The notes: generated by a model not told the origin, from the letters alone. Shown: positions 28,485-38,982, numbered from the stretch's first letter. The stretch is 64,000 nucleotides of DNA from an uncultured Holophagales bacterium (GCA_963842525.1 CAWJGT010000024.1:128001-192000), one strand, 5' to 3'. Program-made: numbers and translations.

Positions 28485-30647
28485 ATGGGATTGACGGGCA
28501 CCGCTCGCACCGCTCGCGGCAATGCCGAACGCGCGCGGGTCGAGCAGGCGTTGCGCGAGTCGGAGGAGCGTTTCCGCAGCCTCTTCGACGGCATCCCCGT
28601 GGGCCTCTACCGCACGACGCCGGACGGCCGCATGCTCGACGCCAACGCCGCCCTGGTGGAGATCCTCGGCTATCCCAGCCGCGAGGAGCTCATGCAGGTC
28701 AGCGTGGGCGACATCTATTTCGACCCCGAGGACCGCCATCGGTGGCAGCGCGAGGTCCTGTCCGAAGAGCGGATCTACACCTTCGAGGCGCGGGTGCGGC
28801 GCTGGCAGGGCACGGTCATCTGGGTCCGCTTCAGCCTGCAGGCGTTTCGCGACCAGGAGGGCCGCATCCTCCGCTACGAAGGGGCGCTGGAGGACGTGAC
28901 CGCCCGCAAGGAGGCCGAAGCCGCGCTGCGCGCCAGCGAGGAGCGGTTCCGCGCGCTGGTGCAGAACGCCTCCGACCTGATCGCCATCCTGGAGGCGGAC
29001 GGCACCATCCGCTATGAGAGCCCCTCGCACCGGCGGGTCCTCGGCCATGCCCCGGAGCAGCTCCTGGGCAAGAGCTTCCTCGACCTCGTCCACCCCGAGG
29101 ACCGGCCGCGGGTCGCCGACGCCCTGCGCGGCCTCGGCGACCAGCCGGGGGAAATCGCGGCCGTCGAATACCGGCGGCGGCACAAGGACGGCGACTGGCG
29201 GTTCATCGAGTCGACCGTATCGAACCTGCTCGGCCATCCGGCGGTGGCCGGCATGGTCCTCAACTCGCACGACATCACCGACCGCAAGCGGGCCGAGGAG
29301 CGCCTCCTCCACGACGCCCTGCACGACGAGCTCACCGGCCTGCCGAACCGCACGCTGTTCATGGACCGCCTCACCCATGCCATGGACCGCTCGCGCCGCG
29401 AGCCCGGTCAATGGACGGCCGTGCTGTTCCTCGACATCGACCGCTTCAAGATCGTCAACGACAGCCTCGGCCATCTCGTCGGCGACGAGCTGTTGATCCA
29501 GATCGCGGGCACCCTGTCGTCGGCCCTGCGGCCGTCCGACACCATCGCGCGCATCGGCGGCGACGAGTTCGCCATCCTGCTCGAAGGGACCAAGAGCGTG
29601 CTCGACGCCGAGCACGTGGCGCAGCGCATCCACGAACGGTTGACGGCGCCGATCAATCTGCATGGCAACGAAGTGTTCCTCACCGCCAGCATCGGCATCG
29701 CGGTCCAGACGCCGGAGTACCAGAAGCCCGAGGAGCTGCTGCGCGATGCCGACACGGCCATGTACCGGGCCAAGGGGCAGGGGCCGGCCGGCCATGTGGT
29801 CTTCGACCGCGGCATGCACCAGCACATCATGGCGCGGCTGCAGCTCGAGACCGACCTGCGGCGGGCGCTGGAGCGCGGCCAGCTCCAGGTCTGGTACCAG
29901 CCGTTCATGGACCTGCGGACGGGCGAGGTGATGGGCTTCGAGGCCCTGCTGCGCTGGAGCCATCCGCGCCATGGCGTGCTCTCTCCCGACGAGTTCCTCA
30001 TGGTGGCCGAGGAGACCGGCCTCATCGTGCCCATCGGGCGTTTCGTCCTGGAGGAGGCCTGCCGGCAGATCCGCGGCCTGCAGGTCCGCTACCCCCGGCA
30101 CCGCCGCCTCAAGCTGAGCGTCAACCTGTCGAACAAGCAGTTCTTCCAGGCCGACCTCCTCGACCAGGTGCGCGAGGCCCTGGCCGTCTCCGGGCTCGAT
30201 CCGTCGTGCCTGGGCCTGGAGATCACCGAGGGGGTCATCCTCCAGCACGCCGACTCGGCGAGCACCCGCTTCGCCCGCCTCAAGTCGCTGGGCGTCCAGC
30301 TCTACATGGACGACTTCGGCAAGGGTTATTCCTCCCTGAACTACCTGCACCGCTTCCCGATGGACCTGCTGAAGATCGACCGCTCGTTCGTGTCGCGCCT
30401 GGAGGAGGGCCGGGCGAACCTGGCGATCCTGGAGGCGATCGTGACCCTCGCCCACCAACTCGGCATGGAGGTGGTCGCCGAAGGGCTGCAGACCGCGGGG
30501 CAGGTCCGGAAGATCCGCGCCCTGGGCTGCGAGTACGGGCAGGGTCACCTGTTCTCGCGTCCGCTGCCCGGCGACGAGATCGAAACCCTGCTCGCCGGCT
30601 TTCCCGGCGGGGAGCCGGCCCCTGCCGACTGGGAGCTCCCCGCCTAG
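28485..30647 (+). CDS. PAS-PAS-GGDEF-EAL diguanylate cyclase/phosphodiesterase
   Basis: Two PAS/PAC domains, intact GGDEF, FEALLRW, DDFGKGYSS. Start approximate. Confidence 0.93.
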   Translation: MGLTGTARTARGNAERARVEQALRESEERFRSLFDGIPVGLYRTTPDGRMLDANAALVEILGYPSREELMQVSVGDIYFDPEDRHRWQREVLSEERIYTFEARVRRWQGTVIWVRFSLQAFRDQEGRILRYEGALEDVTARKEAEAALRASEERFRALVQNASDLIAILEADGTIRYESPSHRRVLGHAPEQLLGKSFLDLVHPEDRPRVADALRGLGDQPGEIAAVEYRRRHKDGDWRFIESTVSNLLGHPAVAGMVLNSHDITDRKRAEERLLHDALHDELTGLPNRTLFMDRLTHAMDRSRREPGQWTAVLFLDIDRFKIVNDSLGHLVGDELLIQIAGTLSSALRPSDTIARIGGDEFAILLEGTKSVLDAEHVAQRIHERLTAPINLHGNEVFLTASIGIAVQTPEYQKPEELLRDADTAMYRAKGQGPAGHVVFDRGMHQHIMARLQLETDLRRALERGQLQVWYQPFMDLRTGEVMGFEALLRWSHPRHGVLSPDEFLMVAEETGLIVPIGRFVLEEACRQIRGLQVRYPRHRRLKLSVNLSNKQFFQADLLDQVREALAVSGLDPSCLGLEITEGVILQHADSASTRFARLKSLGVQLYMDDFGKGYSSLNYLHRFPMDLLKIDRSFVSRLEEGRANLAILEAIVTLAHQLGMEVVAEGLQTAGQVRKIRALGCEYGQGHLFSRPLPGDEIETLLAGFPGGEPAPADWELPA

Positions 30648-30653
30648 AATCGC

Positions 30654-32612
30654 CTAGAAAGCCGCTGTGTCCGCCCGGCTCGCCATTGTACCGGCCGGGT
30701 TGTGGTAGGTCTTCACCTTTCCGGAGAGCTTGTCGGTCACCGTGATCGTGTATCCGACAGCGCGCCGTAGAAGACCCAGTGCTTGCCGTTGACTGCGCGG
30801 CCGTCCAGGATCTTGATCAGCAGCTCCACGTTGTTCCGTTCGAAGAACCAGACATAGGCGCTGTCGGAGGTCAGCCCCACGGCCTCGCCCGACCCGGTCT
30901 GGCCGGTGCCCGGGATCCGCCAGGTGACGTCGACGCCGAATCGGCCGCCGTGCAGGCAGGGGAACCCGATCACGGGTGGACAGGCGAACGGCTCTGCGGC
31001 CGTGCTTTCCGGCGCAGGGAGCGACGCCACGGCGGACAGGGGCGGGCCGGAGCCCTCGAAGGCGCGCGTGTCCGCCTTGCTGGCCATCGTGCCGGCCGGG
31101 TTGTGGTAGACCTTCCGTTCGCCTGTGACAAGGTCGGTCACGGAGAGGTCGTATTCGACGTTCGAACAGGGCGCCGTAGAAGATCCAGAAATGATCGTTC
31201 AGGGCGCGGCCATCCAGGACCTTCACCACCAGCTCCAGGTTTTCCGGGCCGAAGAACCAGAAAGCGCCGGTGTCGCCGGTCAGGGGCACGGCTTGGCCGG
31301 CGCCGTTGCCGCCCGGGCCGCCCTGGAAGGCCACCTCGACACGGAAGCGGTTGCTCAGGCAGAGGCTGGAGGCGTCCGCCAGGCAGGTGGTGAAGCGCCG
31401 CGCGTAGAGGTTGCCGCCGCCGTCTTCGCCGGTCTCAGTCACCCAGGAGATCACCCAATCGCCCTGGCGCTCCACGACCCGGACGCCGGTCTGGTCGCCG
31501 GCGGTGTCGGCCGCGACGACGAAGGCGGGACCGAGCGGGCTCCCTTCGGCGTCGAAGAGGCGCGCCGACAGGTCGGCGTCCACGAGCGCGTCGTTCTGCG
31601 GGTCTTCATTGGACCAGACCACCAGGACGCGGCCGTCGTCATCCAGGGCGACCGCCTGGACGATCTGGTCGCCGCTGCCGCCCGCGGCGAGGATGGGGTC
31701 GCCGAACCGGCGCCCTTCGGAGTCGTACAGGCTCAGCCAGGCGTCCGCTCCCTGGTCCGGCGGAGACGGGAAGGCTCTGATCGACGTGGCCGTGGCAAAA
31801 CGGCCGTTCCGAACCGCAACCAAGTCGCCGAAGATCAAGTGGGGATCGCCGGTCCGCCTTCCCGCAGAATCGAAGGGTTGGAAATACACCTCGATGCTCC
31901 CCCCGCCGGAAACGCTCACGACGGGAAGGAAGCTTCCATCCTCCAGCGTCGCGGGAGCTTCGTTGACAAGCTCCCGGTGTACGAAGGGCGGGGTGGAAAA
32001 GCTGATGCCGAAGAGCACGAGGTCCGCGCCCGATGGCTTGCCGTCCGCGTCGAAGAGCCGCGCCCAACTCGTATTGCCCTCCAGCCAGGTCGCCACCACC
32101 CCGCCCGCAGGCAGGGCGGCGAGCCGGGTCTGGCGAGCCTGATCGTAGAAGGCCGGGATCCGGTTCTCCTGGCCGATCGTTGTCCCGTCGCCGTCGAGCA
32201 CGCGCAGGGACCCGGTCCCGGCGTCGCCCGCCTTGCCAATCCCGAGAGTGGCAGGAGACAGCGGCGTCCGGACGTTCTGCCACGCCAGCGCGAAGCGGTC
32301 CGAGGCCAGGGCGACGATAGCCGGGTCCGCCACAGGCTGGCCCGGACCCTGAACCGCGGCCTCCGGGCCGGCCGGCTCGCCACTGCGGCTGAAAAAACGG
32401 ATCAGGATGTCGTCCGCGGCCGGGCTCGGCCAGGCTGCCAGGAGCCGCCCCGCACTGTCGAGGGCCAGGGCGGGCGCCTCCGTGGCATGGACATCGGCTT
32501 CGTTGATGCGGAATTCCGGGCCGAGCGGCACGAGCTGGGACGCGAGGGGCGCTGCGGCCCCGAGCAGCACGAGAGAGAACAGGGTCCACGAACGGCGCAG
32601 GCACTGGATCAT
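30654..32612 (-). CDS. Secreted repeat protein with duplicated C-terminal domain, paralog 3 (compensating indels near 31165 and 30755)
   Basis: Signal peptide, GPEFRIN start, FWFF..NLELVVK.LDGR domain. The second domain is in the 30737-31141 frame. Confidence 0.7.
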   Translation of the reverse strand: MIQCLRRSWTLFSLVLLGAAAPLASQLVPLGPEFRINEADVHATEAPALALDSAGRLLAAWPSPAADDILIRFFSRSGEPAGPEAAVQGPGQPVADPAIVALASDRFALAWQNVRTPLSPATLGIGKAGDAGTGSLRVLDGDGTTIGQENRIPAFYDQARQTRLAALPAGGVVATWLEGNTSWARLFDADGKPSGADLVLFGISFSTPPFVHRELVNEAPATLEDGSFLPVVSVSGGGSIEVYFQPFDSAGRRTGDPHLIFGDLVAVRNGRFATATSIRAFPSPPDQGADAWLSLYDSEGRRFGDPILAAGGSGDQIVQAVALDDDGRVLVVWSNEDPQNDALVDADLSARLFDAEGSPLGPAFVVAADTAGDQTGVRVVERQGDWVISWVTETGEDGGGNLYARRFTTCLADASSLCLSNRFRVEVAFQGGPGGNGAGQAVPLTGDTGAFWFFGPENLELVVKVLDGRALNDHFWIFYGALFERRIRPLRDRPCHRRTEGLPQPGRHDGQQGGHARLRGLRPAPVRRGVAPCAGKHGRRAVRLSTRDRVPLPARRPIRRRRHLADPGHRPDRVGRGRGADLRQRLCLVLRTEQRGAADQDPGRPRSQRQALGLLRRAVGYTITVTDKLSGKVKTYHNPAGTMASRADTAAF

Positions 32613-32689
32613 GATCTGCCTCCTGTGAAGAATTCAGACCCCCGATTCTTGATGACTGCGCCGTGCGTTTCCTTTCGCACAAGCTCTCC

Positions 32690-34678
32690 TCAGAACGCCG
32701 ACGTATCCGCCCGGCTCGCCATCGTGCCGGCCGGGTTGTGGTAGGTCTTGACCTTTCCCGTCAAATTGTCGGTCACACGAATCGTGTACTCCACGTCCGA
32801 CAGCGCGCCATAGAAGACCCAGAACTTGCCGTTGAGGCCACGGCCGTCCAGGATCTTGATCACCAGCTCCACGTTGTCCTGGTCGAAGAACCAGACATAG
32901 ACGCTGTCGGAGCTCAGCTCCACGACTTGGCCGGATCCGGTCTGGCCGGCGGCCGTCCGCCAGGTGACGTCGACGCTGAAGCGGCCACCGTGCAGGCAGG
33001 GGAGCCAGGGCACGGGTGGACAGCAGGGGACCCCGGTTCCGGGTGGACAGATCACCTCTTCAGGCAAGGCCATGCTCTGCGGCTCCTGGAGGAAGGACGC
33101 GGCAGCGGCCGGGGGCGGCGGGCCGGGTTCCTGGAAGGCGCGCGTGTCCGCCCGGCTGGCCATCGTGCCGGCCGGGTTGTGGTAGACCTTCTGCACGCCG
33201 GTCACCGTATCGGTCACCGTCAGGTCGTACTGCACGTTCGAGAGCGCGCCGTAGAAGATCCAGAAGTGATCGTTCAGGGCGTTGCCGTCGATCGCCTTCA
33301 CCACGAGCTCGACGTTGGCAGGGTCGAAGAACCAGAAGGCGCCGGTATCGCCGGTCAGGGGCACCGCCTGGCCGGAGCCGTTGCCGCCGGGGCCGCTCTG
33401 GAAAGCCACCTCGGCACGGAAGCGGTTCGCGAGGCACAGGGTGGAGCCGTCCGTGACGCAGGTGGAGAAGCGCCGGGCGTAGAGCTCGCCTCCCCAATAG
33501 GTGTTGGCCGGCTCGCTGACCCAGGAGATCACCCACTCGCCGTTCTTCTCCACCACCGACGCGCCGAACTGATCGCCCGGTCCGGCGGCGACAGGGAAGG
33601 AGGGGCCGAGGGGCTGCCCGGCGGCGCTGTAGAGGCGCGCGAAGACATCGGAGTCCACGTAGGGGTCTTCGCTGCCGAGGCTGTTGGTCCACAAGACCAG
33701 GAACCGGCCGGCGTCGTCCATGGCCACCGCTTCGACGACCTGGTTTCCGGGGCCACCTGCGACCACGGTCGCTTCGGAGTTGAGGCTGCGGCCCTCGCGG
33801 TCGTAGAACGTGACATAGACCTCGGTGTCGGTCCGCTGGAGGTCGAGCGGGGGTAGGGGGCGTCCGGTCGAAGCCACGGCGAAGCGGCCGTCGGGAGACA
33901 CGGCGACCTGCTCGGAGTGGAGCGCTACGGCCTCTGCGACCGGCTGCCCGGCTGCGTCGAACCGCCGGCTCCGGAGGCTCGGAGCGTACGGCGGCGGGTA
34001 CGGATAGGTAAGACCAGGCTGTCCCCAAAAGCTCAGGAATCCGCCGTCCTGCAGGACCACGAGCGACCAATTGAACGCCCAATCGGCGGTGACGGGCGTT
34101 TCGGCCGCGGCCGGTGCTCCGTTCTCGTCGAAGGGACGCGCCACGATTTTGGCCTCCAGGCCGATCAGCCCGTCGACGTCCCCATTCCAGGTCGCCAGGA
34201 ATCCGCCCGAAGGCAGCGCATCCACTTGCGGGCGGCCCCCTCCCACAGCGTGGGAATCCAGGTCGAGGCGGAGCTCCGGGCCGAGCGGGGCGCCATCCGT
34301 GCCGAGCACTCGGGCGGCAATCGTCCCATCGCCGCCGAGCGTGCGGTCCCAGGCCAGGACGAACCGGCCCGTGCCCAGAGCGGTGACGTCCGGATCGAGA
34401 AGCTGGTATCCCGGCGTGCTGAAGGCTCTTTCGGTGCCGAGCGGCACGCCGACGTGGTTGAAGGTGCGCGCCACGAGGGCGTCCTGGGTGGCACCCTGGC
34501 CGGGCCAGACCGCGAGCAGGGTGCCGGCGGCGTCGAGCGCGAGAATGGGCGCCTTCATCGTTTTGAGATCGGCTTCGTTGACCCTGAATTCCGGGCCGCG
34601 AGGGATCAACTGAGAGGCCAGGGGCGCCACTGTGAGCAGCACCATCGCGGGCAGGGGCAGGATGCGAAGCAGGCGCAT
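32690..34678 (-). CDS. Secreted repeat (beta-propeller-like) protein with duplicated C-terminal domain, paralog 2
   Basis: Signal peptide; ~55-60 aa P.V.....G.F...W repeats; two CL..RF..WFF..NVEL.VK.LDG..N..FW.FYGALS..Y...NPAGTMASRADT.AF domains. Confidence 0.75.
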   Translation of the reverse strand: MRLLRILPLPAMVLLTVAPLASQLIPRGPEFRVNEADLKTMKAPILALDAAGTLLAVWPGQGATQDALVARTFNHVGVPLGTERAFSTPGYQLLDPDVTALGTGRFVLAWDRTLGGDGTIAARVLGTDGAPLGPELRLDLDSHAVGGGRPQVDALPSGGFLATWNGDVDGLIGLEAKIVARPFDENGAPAAAETPVTADWAFNWSLVVLQDGGFLSFWGQPGLTYPYPPPYAPSLRSRRFDAAGQPVAEAVALHSEQVAVSPDGRFAVASTGRPLPPLDLQRTDTEVYVTFYDREGRSLNSEATVVAGGPGNQVVEAVAMDDAGRFLVLWTNSLGSEDPYVDSDVFARLYSAAGQPLGPSFPVAAGPGDQFGASVVEKNGEWVISWVSEPANTYWGGELYARRFSTCVTDGSTLCLANRFRAEVAFQSGPGGNGSGQAVPLTGDTGAFWFFDPANVELVVKAIDGNALNDHFWIFYGALSNVQYDLTVTDTVTGVQKVYHNPAGTMASRADTRAFQEPGPPPPAAAASFLQEPQSMALPEEVICPPGTGVPCCPPVPWLPCLHGGRFSVDVTWRTAAGQTGSGQVVELSSDSVYVWFFDQDNVELVIKILDGRGLNGKFWVFYGALSDVEYTIRVTDNLTGKVKTYHNPAGTMASRADTSAF

Positions 34679-34679
34679 G

Positions 34680-36665
34680 TCAGAAGGCTCCTGTGTCCGC
34701 CCGGCTGGCCATCGTCCCGGCGGGGTTGTGGTAGGTCTTCACCTTCCCGGAGAGCTTGTCCGTCACCTTGATCGTGTATTCCACGTCCGACAGCGCGCCG
34801 TAGAAGACCCAGTGCTTGCCATTGAAATCCTGGCCGTCGAGGACCTTGACCATCAACTCCACGTTGCCGGGGCTGAAGAACCAGAAGTACCCGGTCTCGC
34901 CGGTCAGCGTCACCGCCTTGCCGGTGCCCGTCTGGCCGGTCCCCGGCACCTTCCATGAGACCTCCACCTGGAACTGCAGCCAGGGGCTTCCCAGGCAGAG
35001 GTGCTCAGGCCCTGGGAAGCAGGGGGGCGGCGTCAGCGGCGCGGTCTGCTGCCGCGGTGCCTGCGTCGCAGGTGCCGCCCGGAGGGGTGCGACGAGGGCG
35101 GTGCCGCCGGGCTTGAAGGCCTGTGTATCCGCCTTGCTGGCCAGGGTGCCGGCCGGGTTGTGGTAGACGCGCCTCTGGCCGCTTACCGCGTCCGTCACCG
35201 TCAGGTCGTACTCCACATTGGACAGGGCACCGTAGAACAGCCAGTAATGGTTGTTGAAGGTGCGGCCGTCGAGGGCCTTGACCACCAGCTCGAGGTTGTC
35301 CTGGCCGAAGAACCAGAAGGCGCCGGTGTCGGCGGTCAGGGAGACGGCCTGACCCGGGCCGCTGCCGGTCCCGACTCCCGGAGCCTTCCAGGTGGCCCGC
35401 GCCCGGAAACGCCCGCCGAGGCAGAGGTCGGTGCCGCCCGTGATGCAGGCCGCGAACCGCCGCGCGAAGAGGTTCCCTCTGTTGCCGGCGCCTTGCTCGG
35501 TCACCCAGGAGATGACCCACTCGCCGTCCCGCTCGGCGATTTTGACGCCGAGCTGGTCGCCCACGGCATCGGTCGCGACGGCGAAGGGCAGGCCGAGCGA
35601 CTCGCCCGCGGCATCGAAGAGGCCGGCGGTCAGGTCGGCGTCGACCGAGAGGTCCTCTCCGGGAGCCTCGTTGGACCAGACCACCAGGATGTTGCCGGCC
35701 TCGTCCATGGCAGCCGCCTGCACGACCTCGTCGTCCTGCCCACTCGCAATGAGATTCGATGTCACGAGCCGGCCTCCGGCGTCGTACAGGTTCATCCAGG
35801 TGTCGGCGTCGGGCCCCGGCGGGCTCCCCACGGACGCCTCGGACCAGACGACGGCGAAACGGCCGTCGCTTCCGAGCGCCACGACGCCGTCGTCCAAGGG
35901 GAAGGCCGCCCCGGCCGGCTGACCCGCGGCGTTGAACCGCCATCCGATCCGGCTGGGCAACGAAGGCCCGATCATGTCGGAGAGCCAGGTGGTCAGGAAG
36001 CCGCCGTCCTGCAGCCCGCGGAGCGTATCGTTTTTGAGGACGCCGGGCACGGTCACATCGCGGAAAGCGAGGGTGATCTCCTCGCCCGCCGGCCTGCCGT
36101 CGGTGCCGAAGAGCCGCGCCATCAGCCGGGTCTCGTCCTCGACCCACGTCGCCACGATCTGGCCCGAGGGGAGGAGGGTCAGACGGACTCCTTGCGCGAT
36201 CCCATAGTCCTTGTCGATCCGGATCTCGTCGCCCACCGGATCGTCCGCCGAGTCGAGGACATACAGGGACAGGGTCCCGTAGTCGCCGATCCTCGGCGGG
36301 GGAGGGAGGATCGGAAGAGGAGGCGTGTGGTTCTCCCAGGCCAGGGCGAATCCGCCCGCGGGCAGAGAGACGACGACCGGATGGTCCTGCAAGATCGCCT
36401 CTGTCAGGAGCGCTCGCTCCGGGCCGGTCGGCTCCCCGTCACGACCGAAGAGGCGGATCAGGAGGTCGTTGCTCTCGGAGCCCGGCCCCGCCCAGGCGGC
36501 AAGGAGCCGGCCCGAGCCGTCGAGGGCCAGCGCAGGCGCCTCCGCCGCAAGAAGCTCGGCCTGGTTGATCCGGAATTCCGGTCCAAGCGGGATCAATTGA
36601 GAGGCCAGGGGGCTGGCGGCGAGCACAATCAGGACAACCAGGGCTCCTGCACTGCGTAGAGTCAT
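34680..36665 (-). CDS. Secreted repeat protein with duplicated C-terminal domain, paralog 1
   Basis: Same architecture as 32690-34678; SD AGGAG upstream. Confidence 0.75.
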   Translation of the reverse strand: MTLRSAGALVVLIVLAASPLASQLIPLGPEFRINQAELLAAEAPALALDGSGRLLAAWAGPGSESNDLLIRLFGRDGEPTGPERALLTEAILQDHPVVVSLPAGGFALAWENHTPPLPILPPPPRIGDYGTLSLYVLDSADDPVGDEIRIDKDYGIAQGVRLTLLPSGQIVATWVEDETRLMARLFGTDGRPAGEEITLAFRDVTVPGVLKNDTLRGLQDGGFLTTWLSDMIGPSLPSRIGWRFNAAGQPAGAAFPLDDGVVALGSDGRFAVVWSEASVGSPPGPDADTWMNLYDAGGRLVTSNLIASGQDDEVVQAAAMDEAGNILVVWSNEAPGEDLSVDADLTAGLFDAAGESLGLPFAVATDAVGDQLGVKIAERDGEWVISWVTEQGAGNRGNLFARRFAACITGGTDLCLGGRFRARATWKAPGVGTGSGPGQAVSLTADTGAFWFFGQDNLELVVKALDGRTFNNHYWLFYGALSNVEYDLTVTDAVSGQRRVYHNPAGTLASKADTQAFKPGGTALVAPLRAAPATQAPRQQTAPLTPPPCFPGPEHLCLGSPWLQFQVEVSWKVPGTGQTGTGKAVTLTGETGYFWFFSPGNVELMVKVLDGQDFNGKHWVFYGALSDVEYTIKVTDKLSGKVKTYHNPAGTMASRADTGAF

Positions 36666-36754
36666 TGGGGACTCCTCCCAAAATCACTGCGATTCCATGC
36701 TGTTATAGCATGAAACTGGGTCCGCGGCACAAGGGGACGCCGCGGCAGATTTTC

Positions 36755-36783
36755 TTGACACACTGCGGCATGACCCCTAGGAT
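36755..36783 (+). promoter_or_regulatory. sigma70 promoter, probably giving a leaderless fadJ transcript
   Basis: TTGACA-N17-TAGGAT, 7 nt before ATG 36791. Confidence 0.6.
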
Positions 36784-36790
36784 GCGGGAC

Positions 36791-38968
36791 ATGGCCACCG
36801 ACATCCACCCTCCGCAGACCCTCGCGACCGGCACCACCACTGCCGTTCCCGGCTCTCTCTCAATGGACGGCGACGGCCTTGCCTGGCTCGTCCTCGACGA
36901 CCCGTCCAAGAAGGTCAACACCCTCTCGACGCGGCTTTTCGCCTGGTTCGGGGAGCAACTCGCCCAGGTCGAGCAACAGCGTCCCGCGGGGCTGGTGATC
37001 GTGTCCGGCAAAGCGGACGGGTTCGTGGCCGGGGCGGACCTGGAGGAGCTCCAGACCGCGAGGGACAAGGAGGAGGTGCTCGCCATGCTCCAGCGCGGCC
37101 ACGAGCTGATGGAGCGGCTGGCCGCGCTGCCGTTCCCCACCGTGGCCGCCATCCACGGCGCCTGCCTGGGCGGCGGCCTGGAGCTGGCGCTCGCCTGCCG
37201 CTTCCGGGTGGCGACCGAGCACAAAAAGACCAAGCTCGGCTTTCCCGAGGTCCAGCTCGGGCTCCTCCCGGGCCTCGGCGGCACGCAGCGGCTGCCGCGC
37301 CTGATCGGTGTGCCGGCCGCCCTCGACCTGATCCTGACCAGCAAGCAGGTGGACGCCAAAAAGGCCCGCCGCTTAGGGCTGGTGGACGACACCTGCCATC
37401 CGACCGACCTGCGGCAGGCGGCGACCCGCTGGGTGCGCGGGCCGGCCGAGCCGAAGAAGCTGGCCGGAGGGCTCGCCCGCCGGGCGACCGACCTGCTGGC
37501 CCGGGTGCCCGTGGCGGACAGGCTGATCTTCGACCGTGCCCGGGCCGAGACCCTCAAGAAGACCGGCGGCCACTACCCGGCGCCGCTGGTCGCCATCGAG
37601 GTGGTGCGCGAGGGCATGAAGCTCCCCCTGCGGCGCGCCCTGGACGTCGAGGCCGGCGCGTTCGCCGAGCTGGTCGTCTCCGGGACCGCCAAGAATCTGA
37701 TCTCCATCTTTTTTCTGAAGACCGAGGTCGAGGCCCGGGCGGCACGCATCGCCCGCGCTGCGCGGCCCATTCCGCAGGTGGGCGTGCTCGGCGCCGGCTT
37801 CATGGGCGCCGGCATCGCCCAGGTCCTCTCCTACAAGGGGCTGCCGGTGGTCCTCAAGGACAAGGACCTCGCCGCCCTGGGCCGGGGCCTTGGCTTCAGC
37901 AACCAGCAGTTCCGCGATCTCCTGAAGCGCCGCCGCCTGACCGAGGCCGAAGCCAAGAACGCCATGGGCCGCATCCATGGCACGGTCGACTACAACGCGC
38001 TACGCCGCACCAACCTGGTGGTCGAAGCGGTGTTCGAGGACGTGGCGGTCAAGCACGCCGTGATCCGTGAGACCGAGGCAACGGCGCCGGACGACCTGAT
38101 CTTCGCCTCGAACACGTCCACGATCCCGATCGGCATCCTGGCCCAGGCAAGCCGCCGGCCGGAGAACGTGGTCGGCATGCACTTCTTCAGCCCGGTGGCC
38201 AAGATGCCGCTTGTCGAGGTGATCCGTCACCCGGGGACCTCGGACGAGGCGGTCGCCACCGTGGTCGAGCTGGGGCGGGTGATGGGCAAGACCGTGATCG
38301 TGGTCAACGACGGTCCCGGCTTCTTCACCAGCCGGGTGCTCGGCACCATGCTCAACGAGGCCGCCTGGCTCCTGGCCGAAGGCGCCAGCATCGAGCAGAT
38401 CGACACCGCCATGACCCGCTGGGGCTGGCCGGTCGGCCCCTTCGCCCTCCTCGACGAGGTCGGCCTCGACGTGGCCCGCCACGCCGGCGAGGTCGTGCGC
38501 GGGGCCCTCGGCGACCGCTTGGCGGCGCCGCCGGTCTTCGAGCCCATGATCGGAGACAAGCGCCTCGGCCGGAAATCGAAGCGCGGCTTCTACCTCTATG
38601 AAGAGGAAGGGAAGAAGAAAGGCGAGAAGAAGGTCGACCAGGCCGTCTACCGCCTCCTCGACTGGCAGCCGAAGCCGATCGGCGACGAAGAGATCGTCGA
38701 CCGCTGCTGGCTGCAGATGCTCAACGAGACCGTCCGCTGCATGGAAGAGGGCATCATCACCAAGCCGGCCGACGTCGACATCGGCGTCATCTTCGGCTTC
38801 GGCTTCCCGCCCTTCCGGGGCGGTCTCCTCCACGAAGCCGACCGCCGCGGCCTCCCCTGGGTCGTCGAGCGCCTGGAAGCCTTCGCCGCCAAGCACGGCA
38901 AGCGCCTCGAGCCGGCCGACCTGCTGCGCACCATGGCAGCCAAGGGCGAGACGTTCTACAAGGACTGA
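36791..38968 (+). CDS. fadJ: Fatty acid oxidation complex alpha subunit (enoyl-CoA hydratase/3-hydroxyacyl-CoA dehydrogenase)
   Basis: FVAGADL, GACLGGGLELAL, PEVQLGLLPG, GAGFMGAG, ASNTSTIP, GMHFFSPV, GFGFPPFRGG. Confidence 0.9.
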   Translation: MATDIHPPQTLATGTTTAVPGSLSMDGDGLAWLVLDDPSKKVNTLSTRLFAWFGEQLAQVEQQRPAGLVIVSGKADGFVAGADLEELQTARDKEEVLAMLQRGHELMERLAALPFPTVAAIHGACLGGGLELALACRFRVATEHKKTKLGFPEVQLGLLPGLGGTQRLPRLIGVPAALDLILTSKQVDAKKARRLGLVDDTCHPTDLRQAATRWVRGPAEPKKLAGGLARRATDLLARVPVADRLIFDRARAETLKKTGGHYPAPLVAIEVVREGMKLPLRRALDVEAGAFAELVVSGTAKNLISIFFLKTEVEARAARIARAARPIPQVGVLGAGFMGAGIAQVLSYKGLPVVLKDKDLAALGRGLGFSNQQFRDLLKRRRLTEAEAKNAMGRIHGTVDYNALRRTNLVVEAVFEDVAVKHAVIRETEATAPDDLIFASNTSTIPIGILAQASRRPENVVGMHFFSPVAKMPLVEVIRHPGTSDEAVATVVELGRVMGKTVIVVNDGPGFFTSRVLGTMLNEAAWLLAEGASIEQIDTAMTRWGWPVGPFALLDEVGLDVARHAGEVVRGALGDRLAAPPVFEPMIGDKRLGRKSKRGFYLYEEEGKKKGEKKVDQAVYRLLDWQPKPIGDEEIVDRCWLQMLNETVRCMEEGIITKPADVDIGVIFGFGFPPFRGGLLHEADRRGLPWVVERLEAFAAKHGKRLEPADLLRTMAAKGETFYKD

Positions 38969-38982
38969 CGCTCACGCCGGCT

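Noticed and set aside
22405-38968. Orphan hutI, argR and fadJ without pathway partners
   Set aside because: Scattered pathway genes are common; there is no evidence of a novel role.
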